Source of the DNA: an uncultured Streptomyces sp.
Lineage (GTDB): Bacteria > Pseudomonadota > Gammaproteobacteria > Burkholderiales > SG8-41
Reading direction: 5' to 3'
Length of the DNA: 41,366 nt
Assembly: GCA_964625665.1 (NCBI GenBank)
Contig: CAZVDN010000003.1
Location: 1 to 41,366, forward strand
A program made the translations under genes and the position numbers. Below, in pieces: positions 1 to 8,859 of this stretch; the first letter of the stretch is position 1; each line of letters starts with the position of its first letter. The notes below the pieces were generated by a model, which saw nothing but the letters and a program-made list of their open reading frames with translations, made no database searches and was not told where the DNA came from.

Positions 1-446
1 GTGCGCACGGTTTCGAGAATCGCCGTGGCGTCGATGGCCTTCAAAAACGCGTCGAGCTTGGCGCCGGTGCCGGTAAGCTCGATGGTGTAGTCCTTGTCGG
101 TCACGTCGATGATGCGGCCGCGGAAGATATCGACCATGCGCTTCATCTCCTCGCGGTCCTTGCCGACGGCCCGCACCTTTACCAGCATCAACTCGCGCTC
201 GATGTGATCACCGTCGGAAAGATCGACCACCTTGACGGCCTCGATCAACTTGTTCAACTGCTTGGTGATCTGCTCGATCACCTCGTCGGAACCGGAAGTC
301 ACGATGGTCATGCGCGAGAGCGAGGCATCCTCGGTCGGCGCCACGGTCAGCGATTCGATGTTGTAACCGCGCGCCGAAAACAGCCCGGCCACGCGCGACA
401 GGGCACCCGCTTCGTTTTCCAGCAACACTGAAATGATATGTCTCAT
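1..446 (-). CDS. ilvH: Acetolactate synthase small (regulatory) subunit; C-terminus lies beyond the window edge
   Basis: Absent from the ORF track because it runs off the window. Hand translation of the minus strand from ATG at 446-444 gives MRHIISVLLENEAGALSRVAGLFSARGYNIESLTVAPTEDASLSRMTIVTSGSDEVIEQITKQLNKL..., a typical IlvH/IlvN ACT-domain N-terminus. It starts 12 nt downstream of the large-subunit gene on the same strand. Confidence 0.9.
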   Translation of the reverse strand, partial: MRHIISVLLENEAGALSRVAGLFSARGYNIESLTVAPTEDASLSRMTIVTSGSDEVIEQITKQLNKLIEAVKVVDLSDGDHIERELMLVKVRAVGKDREEMKRMVDIFRGRIIDVTDKDYTIELTGTGAKLDAFLKAIDATAILETVR

Positions 447-458
447 GGTCGTCGTTCT

Positions 459-2156
459 TTACACCAGTATCATTTCTGACAACCCCTTGCCGCCGGGCAC
501 CATCGGGAAAACATTCTCGGTCTGGTCTGTCACGAAATCGAGGAACACCAGTTCCTTCTTGCGGGCAAAGGCTTCCTTGATCGCGCCCTCGACATCGCCG
601 GGCTTGTCGATGCGAATGCCGACGTGGCCGTACGATTCGGCGAGACGCACAAAGTCAGGCAGCGCGTCCATGTAGGACTCCGCGTAACGGTTGCCATGGA
701 AAAACTCCTGCCACTGGCGCACCATGCCCATGTAACGGTTGTTCAGGCACAGGATCTTGATCGGCAGGTGATACTGCTTGCAGGTCGACAGTTCCTGAAT
801 GCACATCTGAATGCTGGCTTCCCCGGTGATACAGGCCACCGGCGACTTCGGGTGCGCCAGCTGCACGCCAACCGCCGAGGGCAGACCGAAACCCATGGTG
901 CCGAGACCGCCCGAGTTGATCCAGCGGCGCGGCTTGGTGAATTTGTAGAACTGTGCCGCCCACATCTGGTGCTGACCGACGTCGGACGTGATAAAGGCGT
1001 CGCCCTTGGTCAGTTCCCACAGCTTTTCGATGACGAACTGCGGCTTGATCAGCTTCGAGCCGCGGTCGTACTTCAGGCAATCGCGTTCGCGCCAGAGGTC
1101 GATCTGCGACCACCAGGACTTGAGCGCCTCGTTATCGCGTTTCTCTTTCGACGCCTGCATCTGCTTGAGCATTTCCTGCAGCACTTCGCGCACATTGCCG
1201 ACGATCGGCACATCGACTTTCACACGCTTCGAAATCGAAGACGGGTCGATGTCGATATGGATAATGGTGCGCGACTTTTCGAAAAAGTTTTTCGGATCGC
1301 CGATGACGCGGTCGTCGAAACGCGCGCCGACAGCCAGCAGCACGTCGCAATTCTGCATCGCCATGTTGGCTTCATAGGTGCCGTGCATGCCAAGCATGCC
1401 GACGAACTGCTTGTCGGTCGCCGGGTAGGAGCCGAGCGCCATCAGGGTGTTCGTGCAGGGAAATCCAAGAAGCTTCGTCAACTGCGTCAATTCAGCCGAC
1501 GCATTGCCCAGAATCGTGCCGCCGCCGACATAGATCATCGGGCGCTTGGCGCGCGCCAGAAGCTGGATCGCCTTTTTGATCTGTCCCGAATGCCCCTTAA
1601 CGACGGGGTTATAGGAGCGCATGCTGATCGACTTCGGATACACGAACTCGGTCGTTTGCGACGTAATGTCTTTCGGAATATCTACCACCACCGGGCCGGG
1701 CCGGCCGGTGCGCGCGATGTAAAACGCCTTCTTCATGGTCGAGGCAAGGTCTTTGATGTCCTTGACCAGGAAATTGTGTTTGACGCAAGGACGGGTAATG
1801 CCGACCGTGTCGCATTCCTGGAAGGCATCCTGACCGATCGCATGGGTCGGCACCTGACCGGTAATGACCACCAGCGGGATCGAATCCATATAGGCCGTTG
1901 CGATGCCGGTAACCGCGTTGGTCACACCCGGGCCTGACGTCACCAGAGCGACCCCCACCTTGTCGGTCGAGCGTGCATAGCCGTCGGCGGCATGCACGGC
2001 GCCCTGTTCGTGACGCACAAGCACATGCTTGACCTTGTCCTGCTTGGATAATTCGTCGTAGATGAACAAGACGGATCCGCCCGGGTAGCCGAACACGTGT
2101 TCGACCCCTTCTTCCTGCAGGCACCGTATCGTTATCTCCGCGCCGCTGAGTTCCAT
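459..2156 (-). CDS. ilvI: Acetolactate synthase large (catalytic) subunit, ThDP-dependent
   Basis: ORF 459..2252. From MELSGAEITIRCLQEEGVEHVFGYPGGSVLFIYDEL... the sequence matches the AHAS large-subunit N-terminus. ThDP motif GGLGTMGFGLPSAVG ... NNRYMGMVRQWQ is present. I place the start at the internal ATG 2156 because the 32 upstream codons are not family-like and contain a sigma70-like promoter. Confidence 0.92.
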   Translation of the reverse strand: MELSGAEITIRCLQEEGVEHVFGYPGGSVLFIYDELSKQDKVKHVLVRHEQGAVHAADGYARSTDKVGVALVTSGPGVTNAVTGIATAYMDSIPLVVITGQVPTHAIGQDAFQECDTVGITRPCVKHNFLVKDIKDLASTMKKAFYIARTGRPGPVVVDIPKDITSQTTEFVYPKSISMRSYNPVVKGHSGQIKKAIQLLARAKRPMIYVGGGTILGNASAELTQLTKLLGFPCTNTLMALGSYPATDKQFVGMLGMHGTYEANMAMQNCDVLLAVGARFDDRVIGDPKNFFEKSRTIIHIDIDPSSISKRVKVDVPIVGNVREVLQEMLKQMQASKEKRDNEALKSWWSQIDLWRERDCLKYDRGSKLIKPQFVIEKLWELTKGDAFITSDVGQHQMWAAQFYKFTKPRRWINSGGLGTMGFGLPSAVGVQLAHPKSPVACITGEASIQMCIQELSTCKQYHLPIKILCLNNRYMGMVRQWQEFFHGNRYAESYMDALPDFVRLAESYGHVGIRIDKPGDVEGAIKEAFARKKELVFLDFVTDQTENVFPMVPGGKGLSEMILV

Positions 2157-2199
2157 AGAGTAAACCTTGCCGATTTGCGAGAAATGCACAGAACCGGTG

Positions 2200-2228
2200 A
2201 AGATACCTCCGGCAGGCACTTTGGTCAA
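2200..2228 (-). promoter_or_regulatory. Candidate sigma70 promoter for ilvIH (-35 TTGACC, 17-nt spacer, -10 TATCTT on the minus strand)
   Basis: Minus strand reads GCTTGACCAAAGTGCCTGCCGGAGGTATCTTCACC. The -35 is at 2228-2223 and the -10 at 2205-2200, about 45 nt upstream of ATG 2156. This is a motif match only. Confidence 0.4.
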
Positions 2229-2476
2229 GCTAAGCGCCTGATTAAACAACATGATAGCGACACGGGGCGGTCAGCCATGTGGCCAGCTTGCGCCAAAGAC
2301 CTGATTTGTTAAGATGCCCCCAGTCCTGACCGGCATCGCTCTGGACGGTCAACGGTAAGACCCGCGTGGCGTTATTGGCCAAATCACGCGGCGCAACCGG
2401 GCCACATGAAAATGCAAGGGCACGCACTGGCGATGCCCAATAATCGAGGCGGATTTCACTGGCTACGCGTAAGGAA

Positions 2477-3025
2477 TTGTCGGACTTTCTCGCGTCCGTC
2501 GAGCGGCGCGCATTCAAGCAAATGTACTTTGCGGTGCGCGACGAGCAATTCGCGCTGGACATTGTCCAGGACGCGATGATGAAACTCGCCGAAAAATACT
2601 CGGCACGCCCCCCGACGGAGCTGCCGATGCTGTTCCAGCGCATTTTGCAGAATACGATGCGCGACCATTTTCGGCGCCAGAAAGTACGCAATTTGTGGAC
2701 GATCCAGGTTTCGTCCTTGTCAGGCCCCGATGACGGCGATGACCACGATCCCCTGGAAACACTGTCCGCGGCCTCTGATTCGACCCAGCCGGAAGCGCCT
2801 TCGGACCAGTTACAGCAATCGCAAACCCTTGAATTAATTGAACAAGCGATTCGGCAACTACCGGAACGTCAACGCCAAGCCTTCCTCCTGCGTTACTGGG
2901 AGGAACTGGATGTGTCGGAAGCGGCTACCGCCATGGGCTGCTCGGAGGGAAGCGTGAAAACGCACTGCTCCAGAGCAGTGCACGCCCTTTCAGGCATGCT
3001 GAAAGATAAAGGAATTTCGCTATGA
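2477..3025 (+). CDS. ECF-type RNA polymerase sigma-70 family factor
   Basis: 182-aa ORF with a region 2 pattern (FALDIVQDAMMKLAEKY ... LFQRILQNTMRDHFRRQK) and a region 4 HTH (LPERQRQAFLLRYWEELDVSEAATAMGCSEGSVKTHCSRAVHAL). The track start is TTG 2477. An in-frame CTG at 2459 would give MATRKELSDFL.... Confidence 0.85.
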   Translation: MSDFLASVERRAFKQMYFAVRDEQFALDIVQDAMMKLAEKYSARPPTELPMLFQRILQNTMRDHFRRQKVRNLWTIQVSSLSGPDDGDDHDPLETLSAASDSTQPEAPSDQLQQSQTLELIEQAIRQLPERQRQAFLLRYWEELDVSEAATAMGCSEGSVKTHCSRAVHALSGMLKDKGISL

Positions 3026-3492
3026 ACGAACAGGAACTGGCAAAACAGATCGTCCAGCACCTGGATCAGGGCCTCGGCAAAATCAAGCAAGGCTCACTCT
3101 ACCAATTGCAGTCAGCCCGCATGGCGGCACTTGAACAGTAGCGCGAAGCGCCGCAACCGCTGCTCGGTCTGGCGTGGGCAGGTGATATCGCGTTCCGGGT
3201 CAGCCACAACCGCCATTTCAATGCGCGCAATCTGTTTGCGGCCGGCCTTCTCGTGCTGGGCATGCTCGGCGTGACTTACTGGCAGGTCGCAATGCAACGC
3301 AGCGATATTGCCGAAATTGACGCCAGCCTGCTGTCCGACGAACTGCCGATCAATGCCTATCTCGACAGCGGTTTTGACGCATGGTTAAAGCGCTCCTCGC
3401 AATACCCCTGCTGTTCACCCTTGTCGGTAACGCGTTCTCCGCTGCGGTTCCCGCGCCGCAGAAGCCCGCCAAACCGGACTGGACGGAACTGA
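3022..3492 (+). pseudogene. DUF3619-like membrane protein (usual partner of this ECF sigma), reading frame interrupted by an in-frame TAG at 3139-3141
   Basis: ATG 3022 overlaps the sigma stop (ATGA). Frame 1 reads MNEQELAKQIVQHLDQGLGKIKQGSLYQLQSARMAALEQ*REAPQPLLGLAWAGDIAFRVSHNRHFNARNLFAAGLLVLGMLGVTYWQVAMQRSDIAEIDASLLSDELPINAYLDSGFDAWLKRSSQ.... Both halves are in the same frame. Together they have the layout I recall for DUF3619: N-terminal soluble part, one TM segment, and a C-terminal ...AYLD.GFD.WLKR. Confidence 0.5.
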
Positions 3493-3821
3493 AGCCTGCA
3501 CAGCAGCAGGTGCTCGCGCCGCTCAAGGATCACTGGGCCGAGCTCGACACCACACGACGCCAGAAATGGGTCAAGGTCGCGAACAGCTATCCGAAAATGA
3601 AACCGGACGAACAGGCGCGCCTGCAGGAGCGCATGCGCGACTGGATCAAATTGTCGTCCGAAGAACGCCGCGCCGCCCGCGAAAAATATCTGGCCATCAA
3701 AAAGCTGCCGCCCGCCAAACGCGAGGATGTTAAACAGCAGTGGCAGCAGTATCAGCAGTCGCTGGCCAAATCCGACGCGGCCGCGCCTGAAGCGCCCTCC
3801 GGCACCGGTTCTTCGCAATAG
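3381..3821 (+). CDS. DUF3106-like secreted protein
   Basis: 146 aa with a signal peptide (MVKALLAIPLLFTLVGNAFSA). Repeated W..L....R.KW / ER.R.W helical motifs are present (WTELKPAQQQVL, RRQKWVKVANSY, LQERMRDWIKLSSEERRAAREKY). It sits in the conserved position after the ECF sigma and the DUF3619 gene. Confidence 0.75.
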   Translation: MVKALLAIPLLFTLVGNAFSAAVPAPQKPAKPDWTELKPAQQQVLAPLKDHWAELDTTRRQKWVKVANSYPKMKPDEQARLQERMRDWIKLSSEERRAAREKYLAIKKLPPAKREDVKQQWQQYQQSLAKSDAAAPEAPSGTGSSQ

Positions 3822-3871
3822 ACACGCCGCAGCAAAATCCTGATAGCTTCGCCGCCAGGCCGCCTGCAGGG

Positions 3872-4261
3872 CTGGCGCGACGCCTCGGCAGCCTCGCCTA
3901 CGAAGCGCTGCTGCTGACCGCCATCCTGTTTATCTGCACCTGGGTGTTTTTGTTTTTCGCGCAGGTCATAAACAGCGCATTGGTGCGCCCCCTGCTCCAA
4001 CTGTGGCTGGTCGCAATCACCGGCGCCTATTTCACGTATTGCTGGTCTCACGGCGGGCAAACCCTGCCGATGAAAACCTGGCGCATTCGAGTGGTGAAAA
4101 AAAATGGCGACGCCATCACTGCGGCAATTGCGGGCAGACGTTACCTGTTCGCGCTGATTTCTGCCGGACTGTGCGGCCTGGGTTTCGCCTGGGCCCTGTT
4201 CGATCCTGACCGGCAGTTTCTGCACGATCGCCTGGGCGGGACTCGCCTGAGCGCCGTCTAG
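3872..4261 (+). CDS. RDD-family membrane protein (start codon uncertain)
   Basis: The frame is open from 3791. The family-like N-terminus GLARRLGSLAYEALLLTAILFICTW lies upstream of the first canonical start (GTG 3944). There is no ATG, GTG or TTG between 3791 and 3944, so CTG 3872 is the most plausible start. The C-terminus ends DPDRQFLHDRLGGTRL, as is typical for RDD proteins. Confidence 0.6.
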   Translation: MARRLGSLAYEALLLTAILFICTWVFLFFAQVINSALVRPLLQLWLVAITGAYFTYCWSHGGQTLPMKTWRIRVVKKNGDAITAAIAGRRYLFALISAGLCGLGFAWALFDPDRQFLHDRLGGTRLSAV

Positions 4262-5331
4262 CGACGTTCGCCCCACCACATCATCGCCGTCGCCAGTATC
4301 AGGAAAATCAGCGTCGGCAGGGCCGCGCTCCAGAACGGCGGCCAGTCGCGCAACAAGCCAAGATAAGTGAACAAGCGGCCCAGCGTGACATACCCTATCC
4401 CCAGCATGATGCCCGCAAACACTTTCGCGCCCACCCCGCCGGCACGTTGCTGGGTATAGGCAAAAGGCAGTGCCAATACCATCATGACGAGCACCGCAAA
4501 CGGATAAAGCAGTTTGTTCCAGAAGGCGATCTCGTGCCGGGACGCCTGCTGATTGTTCTCTTTCAGGTGCTGCACGTAGGAAAACAGGTTCCACGCCGAC
4601 ATGTGTTCGGGCACCACCAGCAAAACGCTCAGCAGGTTCGGGTCGATCACCGACTGCCAGTCGGCCTCGGCGATCCGGCTGACGTCCATTTTCCCATCTT
4701 CGAAATTGGTTTGTACGACATCGCGCAGGCGCCAGCGATTGTTTGACAGATATTCTCCACGCTGCGCAAGGCTGATCCTGCGCAAGCGGAGTTCCTTGTC
4801 GAATTCGTAGATCTTAATTCCGATCAGCACGGAATCCGGCATCACCTGCGCCACATTGACAAAATTACGCTCGTCTTTGACCCACAGGCCGGAGCGGAAT
4901 TCCTGGGCAATAACGCCGGTGACCGCCTTCGCCCGCAATTGCTGGGCGAATTGCTCAGCAGGTGGCGCAACGAATTCGCCGATCACGAAGGTCAGAACGG
5001 AAAACAAAAAACCGACCTGCACCAGCATGAATGCCATGCGCGGCACCGAAACGCCGGACACGCGCATCACGGTGTATTCGGAACTCGCCACCAGCTGCGC
5101 AATCGCAAACAGCGTCCCGATCAGCGCTGCGATAGGAAACAGCTCGTAGACGTGACCGGGCAGGCTCAACAGCACAAACGCAATGATATGCGGCAGCCGG
5201 TAGTTGCCCTTGCCAAGCTCGCCCAATTCGTGAATCAGGTCGAGAAATGCGAACAGCATCAGCAGCGCCGCGAACACCAGCAGGATCGAGGCGGTGATTT
5301 CCGATGACAGATAGCGGCGAATGACCTTCAT
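4258..5331 (-). CDS. lptG: LPS export ABC transporter permease LptG
   Basis: From MKVIRRYLSSEITASILLVFAALLMLFAFLDLIHEL... the sequence has YjgP/YjgQ permease topology. I place the start at the internal ATG 5331, which overlaps the lptF stop (ATGA). The 44 upstream codons of the track ORF lie inside lptF. Confidence 0.9.
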   Translation of the reverse strand: MKVIRRYLSSEITASILLVFAALLMLFAFLDLIHELGELGKGNYRLPHIIAFVLLSLPGHVYELFPIAALIGTLFAIAQLVASSEYTVMRVSGVSVPRMAFMLVQVGFLFSVLTFVIGEFVAPPAEQFAQQLRAKAVTGVIAQEFRSGLWVKDERNFVNVAQVMPDSVLIGIKIYEFDKELRLRRISLAQRGEYLSNNRWRLRDVVQTNFEDGKMDVSRIAEADWQSVIDPNLLSVLLVVPEHMSAWNLFSYVQHLKENNQQASRHEIAFWNKLLYPFAVLVMMVLALPFAYTQQRAGGVGAKVFAGIMLGIGYVTLGRLFTYLGLLRDWPPFWSAALPTLIFLILATAMMWWGERR

Positions 5332-6416
5332 CGGAATTTGAAAACGCGCGAAAGCGAGAACAGGGTAAGGCGGCGCGCAAACAACGCGATCAATATCACG
5401 AGCATGAACAAATGCACGCCCCAAAGGCCTGCGGCGAGACCGATCTTCTGTTGCGCCACCCACGCCTGCGCAATGCTGAGAACGTTGTTGTAGACCATGT
5501 AAACGAGGATCGCCAGCACCAGATTCAGGGACCGCCCGGCGCGCGGATTGACAAACGACAGCGGGATCGCCAACAGCGAAAGCAGCAGCGCCGACAGCGG
5601 CAGCCCGATCCGCCAGACCAGTTCGCCGCGATAGATCGGCCCCGGCTGTTCGAGAAGTTCCGGCGTCGACATCGATTTCGCCGAGGGCAGCGCCGCCTTC
5701 ACACCGCGCGACTCAATGCGCATGGCGTAACGCTCGAATTCGCTGATTTTGTATTCGAGCGTGCCCGGCGTGCCCTCATAACGCCGGCCGTTGAGCAGAA
5801 CGAGGAAACGGTCGCCGTTTTCCACCGTCTGCAGAAACCCGCGGCGTGCCACCATCACACCGGTTTTCTGGTGCTGCGTCGAACTGACGAAAATATTGGC
5901 GACAGTGTTCTCGCCTTCATTGACGTTCTCGACAAAATAAACGCGCTCGTTCTGCTTGGATTCGCGGAAAACCCCGGGCGTCACCTGCGATACATCATCG
6001 CGGCTGTCCATATAACTGCGAAATTCCTCGCTCTTGGTGATTGCCCACGGCGACAACACCAGGCTCAATAACGCAATAAGCAGGACAACCGGCAGCGCGA
6101 ACAGCAGTACCGGGCGCATCCATGTCGTCAGGCTCAGTCCGGAACTGAACCAGACGATCATTTCCGAATCCCTGTAGCTGCGGGTCAGCGTCATCAAGAC
6201 CGCGATAAACAGCGTCAGTGACAGCAACACCGGCAGATAGTTGAACGCGGTCAGTGCCAGCAGCGCGAAAACCCCCGAAAAGGTGATCGCGCCGCCTGCC
6301 GCCAGGCCGAGAAAGCGCACCAACTGGGTCGCCACCGTAATGCCCAGCAGCACGATGAACGTTGCCATCGCCGTGCCGGTGCATTCGCGGACCAATGATT
6401 GGGAGAATATTTTCAC
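5328..6416 (-). CDS. lptF: LPS export ABC transporter permease LptF
   Basis: 362 aa, MKIFSQSLVRECTGTAMATFIVLLGITVATQLVRFLG..., YjgP/YjgQ family. It is paired with lptG and divergent from pepA, the same arrangement as in E. coli. Confidence 0.9.
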   Translation of the reverse strand: MKIFSQSLVRECTGTAMATFIVLLGITVATQLVRFLGLAAGGAITFSGVFALLALTAFNYLPVLLSLTLFIAVLMTLTRSYRDSEMIVWFSSGLSLTTWMRPVLLFALPVVLLIALLSLVLSPWAITKSEEFRSYMDSRDDVSQVTPGVFRESKQNERVYFVENVNEGENTVANIFVSSTQHQKTGVMVARRGFLQTVENGDRFLVLLNGRRYEGTPGTLEYKISEFERYAMRIESRGVKAALPSAKSMSTPELLEQPGPIYRGELVWRIGLPLSALLLSLLAIPLSFVNPRAGRSLNLVLAILVYMVYNNVLSIAQAWVAQQKIGLAAGLWGVHLFMLVILIALFARRLTLFSLSRVFKFR

Positions 6417-6507
6417 TCGGTCGCGCTTTGATTTTCCGCGGAATAACGAAGATAATCGGCGAAGATAATCAGTCGTTTCTGATCACTTGCGACCATAGGA
6501 GAACGCC

Positions 6508-8001
6508 TTGGAATTTAGCATAAAAGCCGGCAGCTCGGAGAACACGCAAACGGGCTGCATCGTTGTCGGCGTGTTCGAACCGCGCAAGCTCTCCGACGCC
6601 GCCGCTGCGCTCGATCGCGCCACCAAAGGTTTCCTGACGCGCATCCTCAAGCGCGGCGACATGGAAGGCAAGGCAGGCGCAACGCTGCTCCTGCACGATG
6701 TGCCGAACATCAAGGCCGAGCGGGTTCTGCTGGTCGGCCTGGGGCCGCTTGCCGAATTTCGCGACAGCCGCTATGCCGGTGCGATCGCCGCGGCCATCCG
6801 CACGCTGAATGCAACCGGCGCCACTGATGCGCTGATCCAACTGCCCGAAGGCGGCACGCCGCGTCGAGACGTCGGCTGGCGCGTCGCACAGGCGACGGTC
6901 GCGGCACGTTCGGCCGCCTACCGCTTCGAACGCATGAAAAGCCGGCCGGCCAAAGCACAACCGGGACTGCGTCGCCTGACGTTCGGCATCGACGATAAAA
7001 ACGCGCAACGCCTTGCCGCGGCCGGGCTTGAGCAGGGTCTCGCCGTCGCCCACGGCGTCAGCCTCGCGCGCGATCTGGGCAATCTGCCGGGCAATGTCTG
7101 CACGCCGACCTATCTCGCCGGCGCGGCGCGCGACCTGGCCAAGCACTACCGCATGAAACTCACCGTGCTTGAGCGCGCGCAGATGGAAAAACTCGGCATG
7201 GGCGCGCTGCTCTCGGTCGCCCGCGGCAGCGTGCAGCCGCCGAAGCTGATCGTGCTTGAGTATCGCGGCGGCCCCGCCGGGCAGCGCCCGGTGGCGCTGG
7301 TCGGCAAGGGCGTCACCTTCGACACCGGCGGCATCTCGCTGAAACCCGCCCCCGAGATGGACGAAATGAAATTCGACATGTGCGGTGCAGCCAGCGTGCT
7401 GGGCACGCTGAAAGCCATTGCCGAGATGAAACTGCGCATCAACGTCGTCGGCCTGATTCCGGCCACCGAAAACATGCCGGGCGGCCGCGCCACCAAACCG
7501 GGCGACATCGTCACCACCATGTCAGGTCAGACCGTCGAAATTCTCAACACGGACGCCGAAGGCCGCCTGATCCTGTGTGACGCGCTGACCTACGCCGAGC
7601 GCTACAAACCGCAGGCGGTGATCGACATCGCCACGCTGACCGGCGCCTGCGTCATCGCGCTCGGCCATGTCGTCAGCGGCCTGTTCGCCAATGACGATGC
7701 GCTGGCGCGCGAAGTGCTCAATGCAGGCGAGGCCTCGGGCGACCGCGCCTGGCACCTGCCGCTGCATGATGAATATCAGGAGCAGCTCAACAGCAATTTC
7801 GCCGACTTTGCTAACATCAGCGGCCGCCCGGCAGGTGCCGTCACCGCGGCCTGCTACCTGTCGCGCTTCACGAAAAAATTCAAATGGGCGCATCTGGACA
7901 TTGCCGGCACGGCGTGGAAAAGCGGCAAGGAAAAAGGCGCCACCGGCCGCCCGGTGCCGCTGCTGACGCAGTTCCTCATCAAACGCGCCGCCAGGTCCTG
8001 A
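6508..8001 (+). CDS. pepA: Leucyl aminopeptidase (M17)
   Basis: 497 aa, [24 protein letters not shown].... The M17 signature [17 protein letters not shown] and the [16 protein letters not shown] motif are present. TTG start with AGGAG 5-10 nt upstream. Confidence 0.95.
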   Translation: MEFSIKAGSSENTQTGCIVVGVFEPRKLSDAAAALDRATKGFLTRILKRGDMEGKAGATLLLHDVPNIKAERVLLVGLGPLAEFRDSRYAGAIAAAIRTLNATGATDALIQLPEGGTPRRDVGWRVAQATVAARSAAYRFERMKSRPAKAQPGLRRLTFGIDDKNAQRLAAAGLEQGLAVAHGVSLARDLGNLPGNVCTPTYLAGAARDLAKHYRMKLTVLERAQMEKLGMGALLSVARGSVQPPKLIVLEYRGGPAGQRPVALVGKGVTFDTGGISLKPAPEMDEMKFDMCGAASVLGTLKAIAEMKLRINVVGLIPATENMPGGRATKPGDIVTTMSGQTVEILNTDAEGRLILCDALTYAERYKPQAVIDIATLTGACVIALGHVVSGLFANDDALAREVLNAGEASGDRAWHLPLHDEYQEQLNSNFADFANISGRPAGAVTAACYLSRFTKKFKWAHLDIAGTAWKSGKEKGATGRPVPLLTQFLIKRAARS

Positions 8002-8031
8002 TGGCAGGCCGTATTCAATGACGCGCGCCCG

Positions 8032-8460
8032 ATGACGCAGATCGATTTTTACTTTCACGTCGAAGACAAGCTGAAAACGGCGTGCACGCTCAGCGCGAAG
8101 GCCTACGCGCGGGGCCTGCGGGTGCTGGCCTACTGCAGCGACCAGGACGCCGGCCGAAAATTCAGCCGTCTGCTGTGGAGCACGCCGGCCACCGGGTTCG
8201 TGCCTCATTGCACGGCGGATGACAAACTGGCCGCGGTCACGCCGATCATCGTCGATTGCGACGGCGCCAATCCGGCGCACGACGATGTGCTGCTGAACCT
8301 GCGCCACGAACTGCCGGCGTTTTTCAGCCGCTTTCAGCGCCTGATCGAGATCGTGAGCATCGACGAGGAAGACCGCCGGGTGGCACGCGAGCGTTTCAAA
8401 TACTATCGCGATCGCGGCTACGAAATCCGGTCACACGATCTGAGCAAGCGCGCGCAGTAG
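8032..8460 (+). CDS. holC: DNA polymerase III chi subunit
   Basis: 142 aa, MTQIDFYFHVEDKLKTACTLSAKAYARGLRVLAYC...LLWS....FVPH, the chi-subunit pattern. It sits in the conserved pepA-holC-valS position. Confidence 0.85.
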   Translation: MTQIDFYFHVEDKLKTACTLSAKAYARGLRVLAYCSDQDAGRKFSRLLWSTPATGFVPHCTADDKLAAVTPIIVDCDGANPAHDDVLLNLRHELPAFFSRFQRLIEIVSIDEEDRRVARERFKYYRDRGYEIRSHDLSKRAQ

Positions 8461-8859
8461 GCCATGGCCGGCGACGACGAGAACGTATGGTCGGGCGGCG
8501 ACGAAGTCATCGGACGCGCAAACGCGCTGTTTGACCGGCACCGCCTGAGCAGGCCGCCGGCAGCGGTTCCCGAATTGCTCCCCGTCCTCACCGAAACCAT
8601 CGACGCGCCTGTCGATGCCGCGGAAATTCCGACCCTCACCGATATCGTCGCCATTGCGCCATCACCGTCCGCTGCGCCGCAAGCGGCCCCCATCGCGCAC
8701 GGGGACGGTTTGAAGGCTGACATCGATGCACTGGTGCGAGCCTCGGTCGACGAAAAGCTGCAATCGGCGCTGCACGCGGTTCCCGTTGCGCCGCCCCCGG
8801 CGCAGCCGGCCGGTATAATGCGCCCCCCTTCACGTACTTCTGCCCCGGTATCCGCAACA

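Noticed and set aside
624-1937. 437-aa plus-strand ORF antisense to ilvI. Similar long antisense ORFs occur at 7522-8307, 10798-11619, 12287-13249, 14059-15003, 21927-22670, 25272-26321, 25988-26845, 30465-31295 and 36759-37964.
   Set aside because: All lie opposite genes with unambiguous family motifs. They are Arg/His/Gly/Ala-rich with no recognisable domains or ribosome-binding sites, which is the expected shadow-ORF artefact of high-GC coding DNA.
2253-2458. About 200-nt spacer between ilvI and the ECF sigma gene; examined for an ilv leader peptide or attenuator, or a riboswitch.
   Set aside because: There is no short ORF rich in Ile/Leu/Val codons, no terminator/antiterminator pairing and no recognisable riboswitch core. 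Only the sigma70-like promoter reported above stands out.
3752-4594. 280-aa minus-strand ORF spanning the DUF3106 end, the RDD gene and the 3' end of lptG.
   Set aside because: It crosses three well-supported genes on both strands and has low-complexity Arg/Ala/Gly composition and no motifs.
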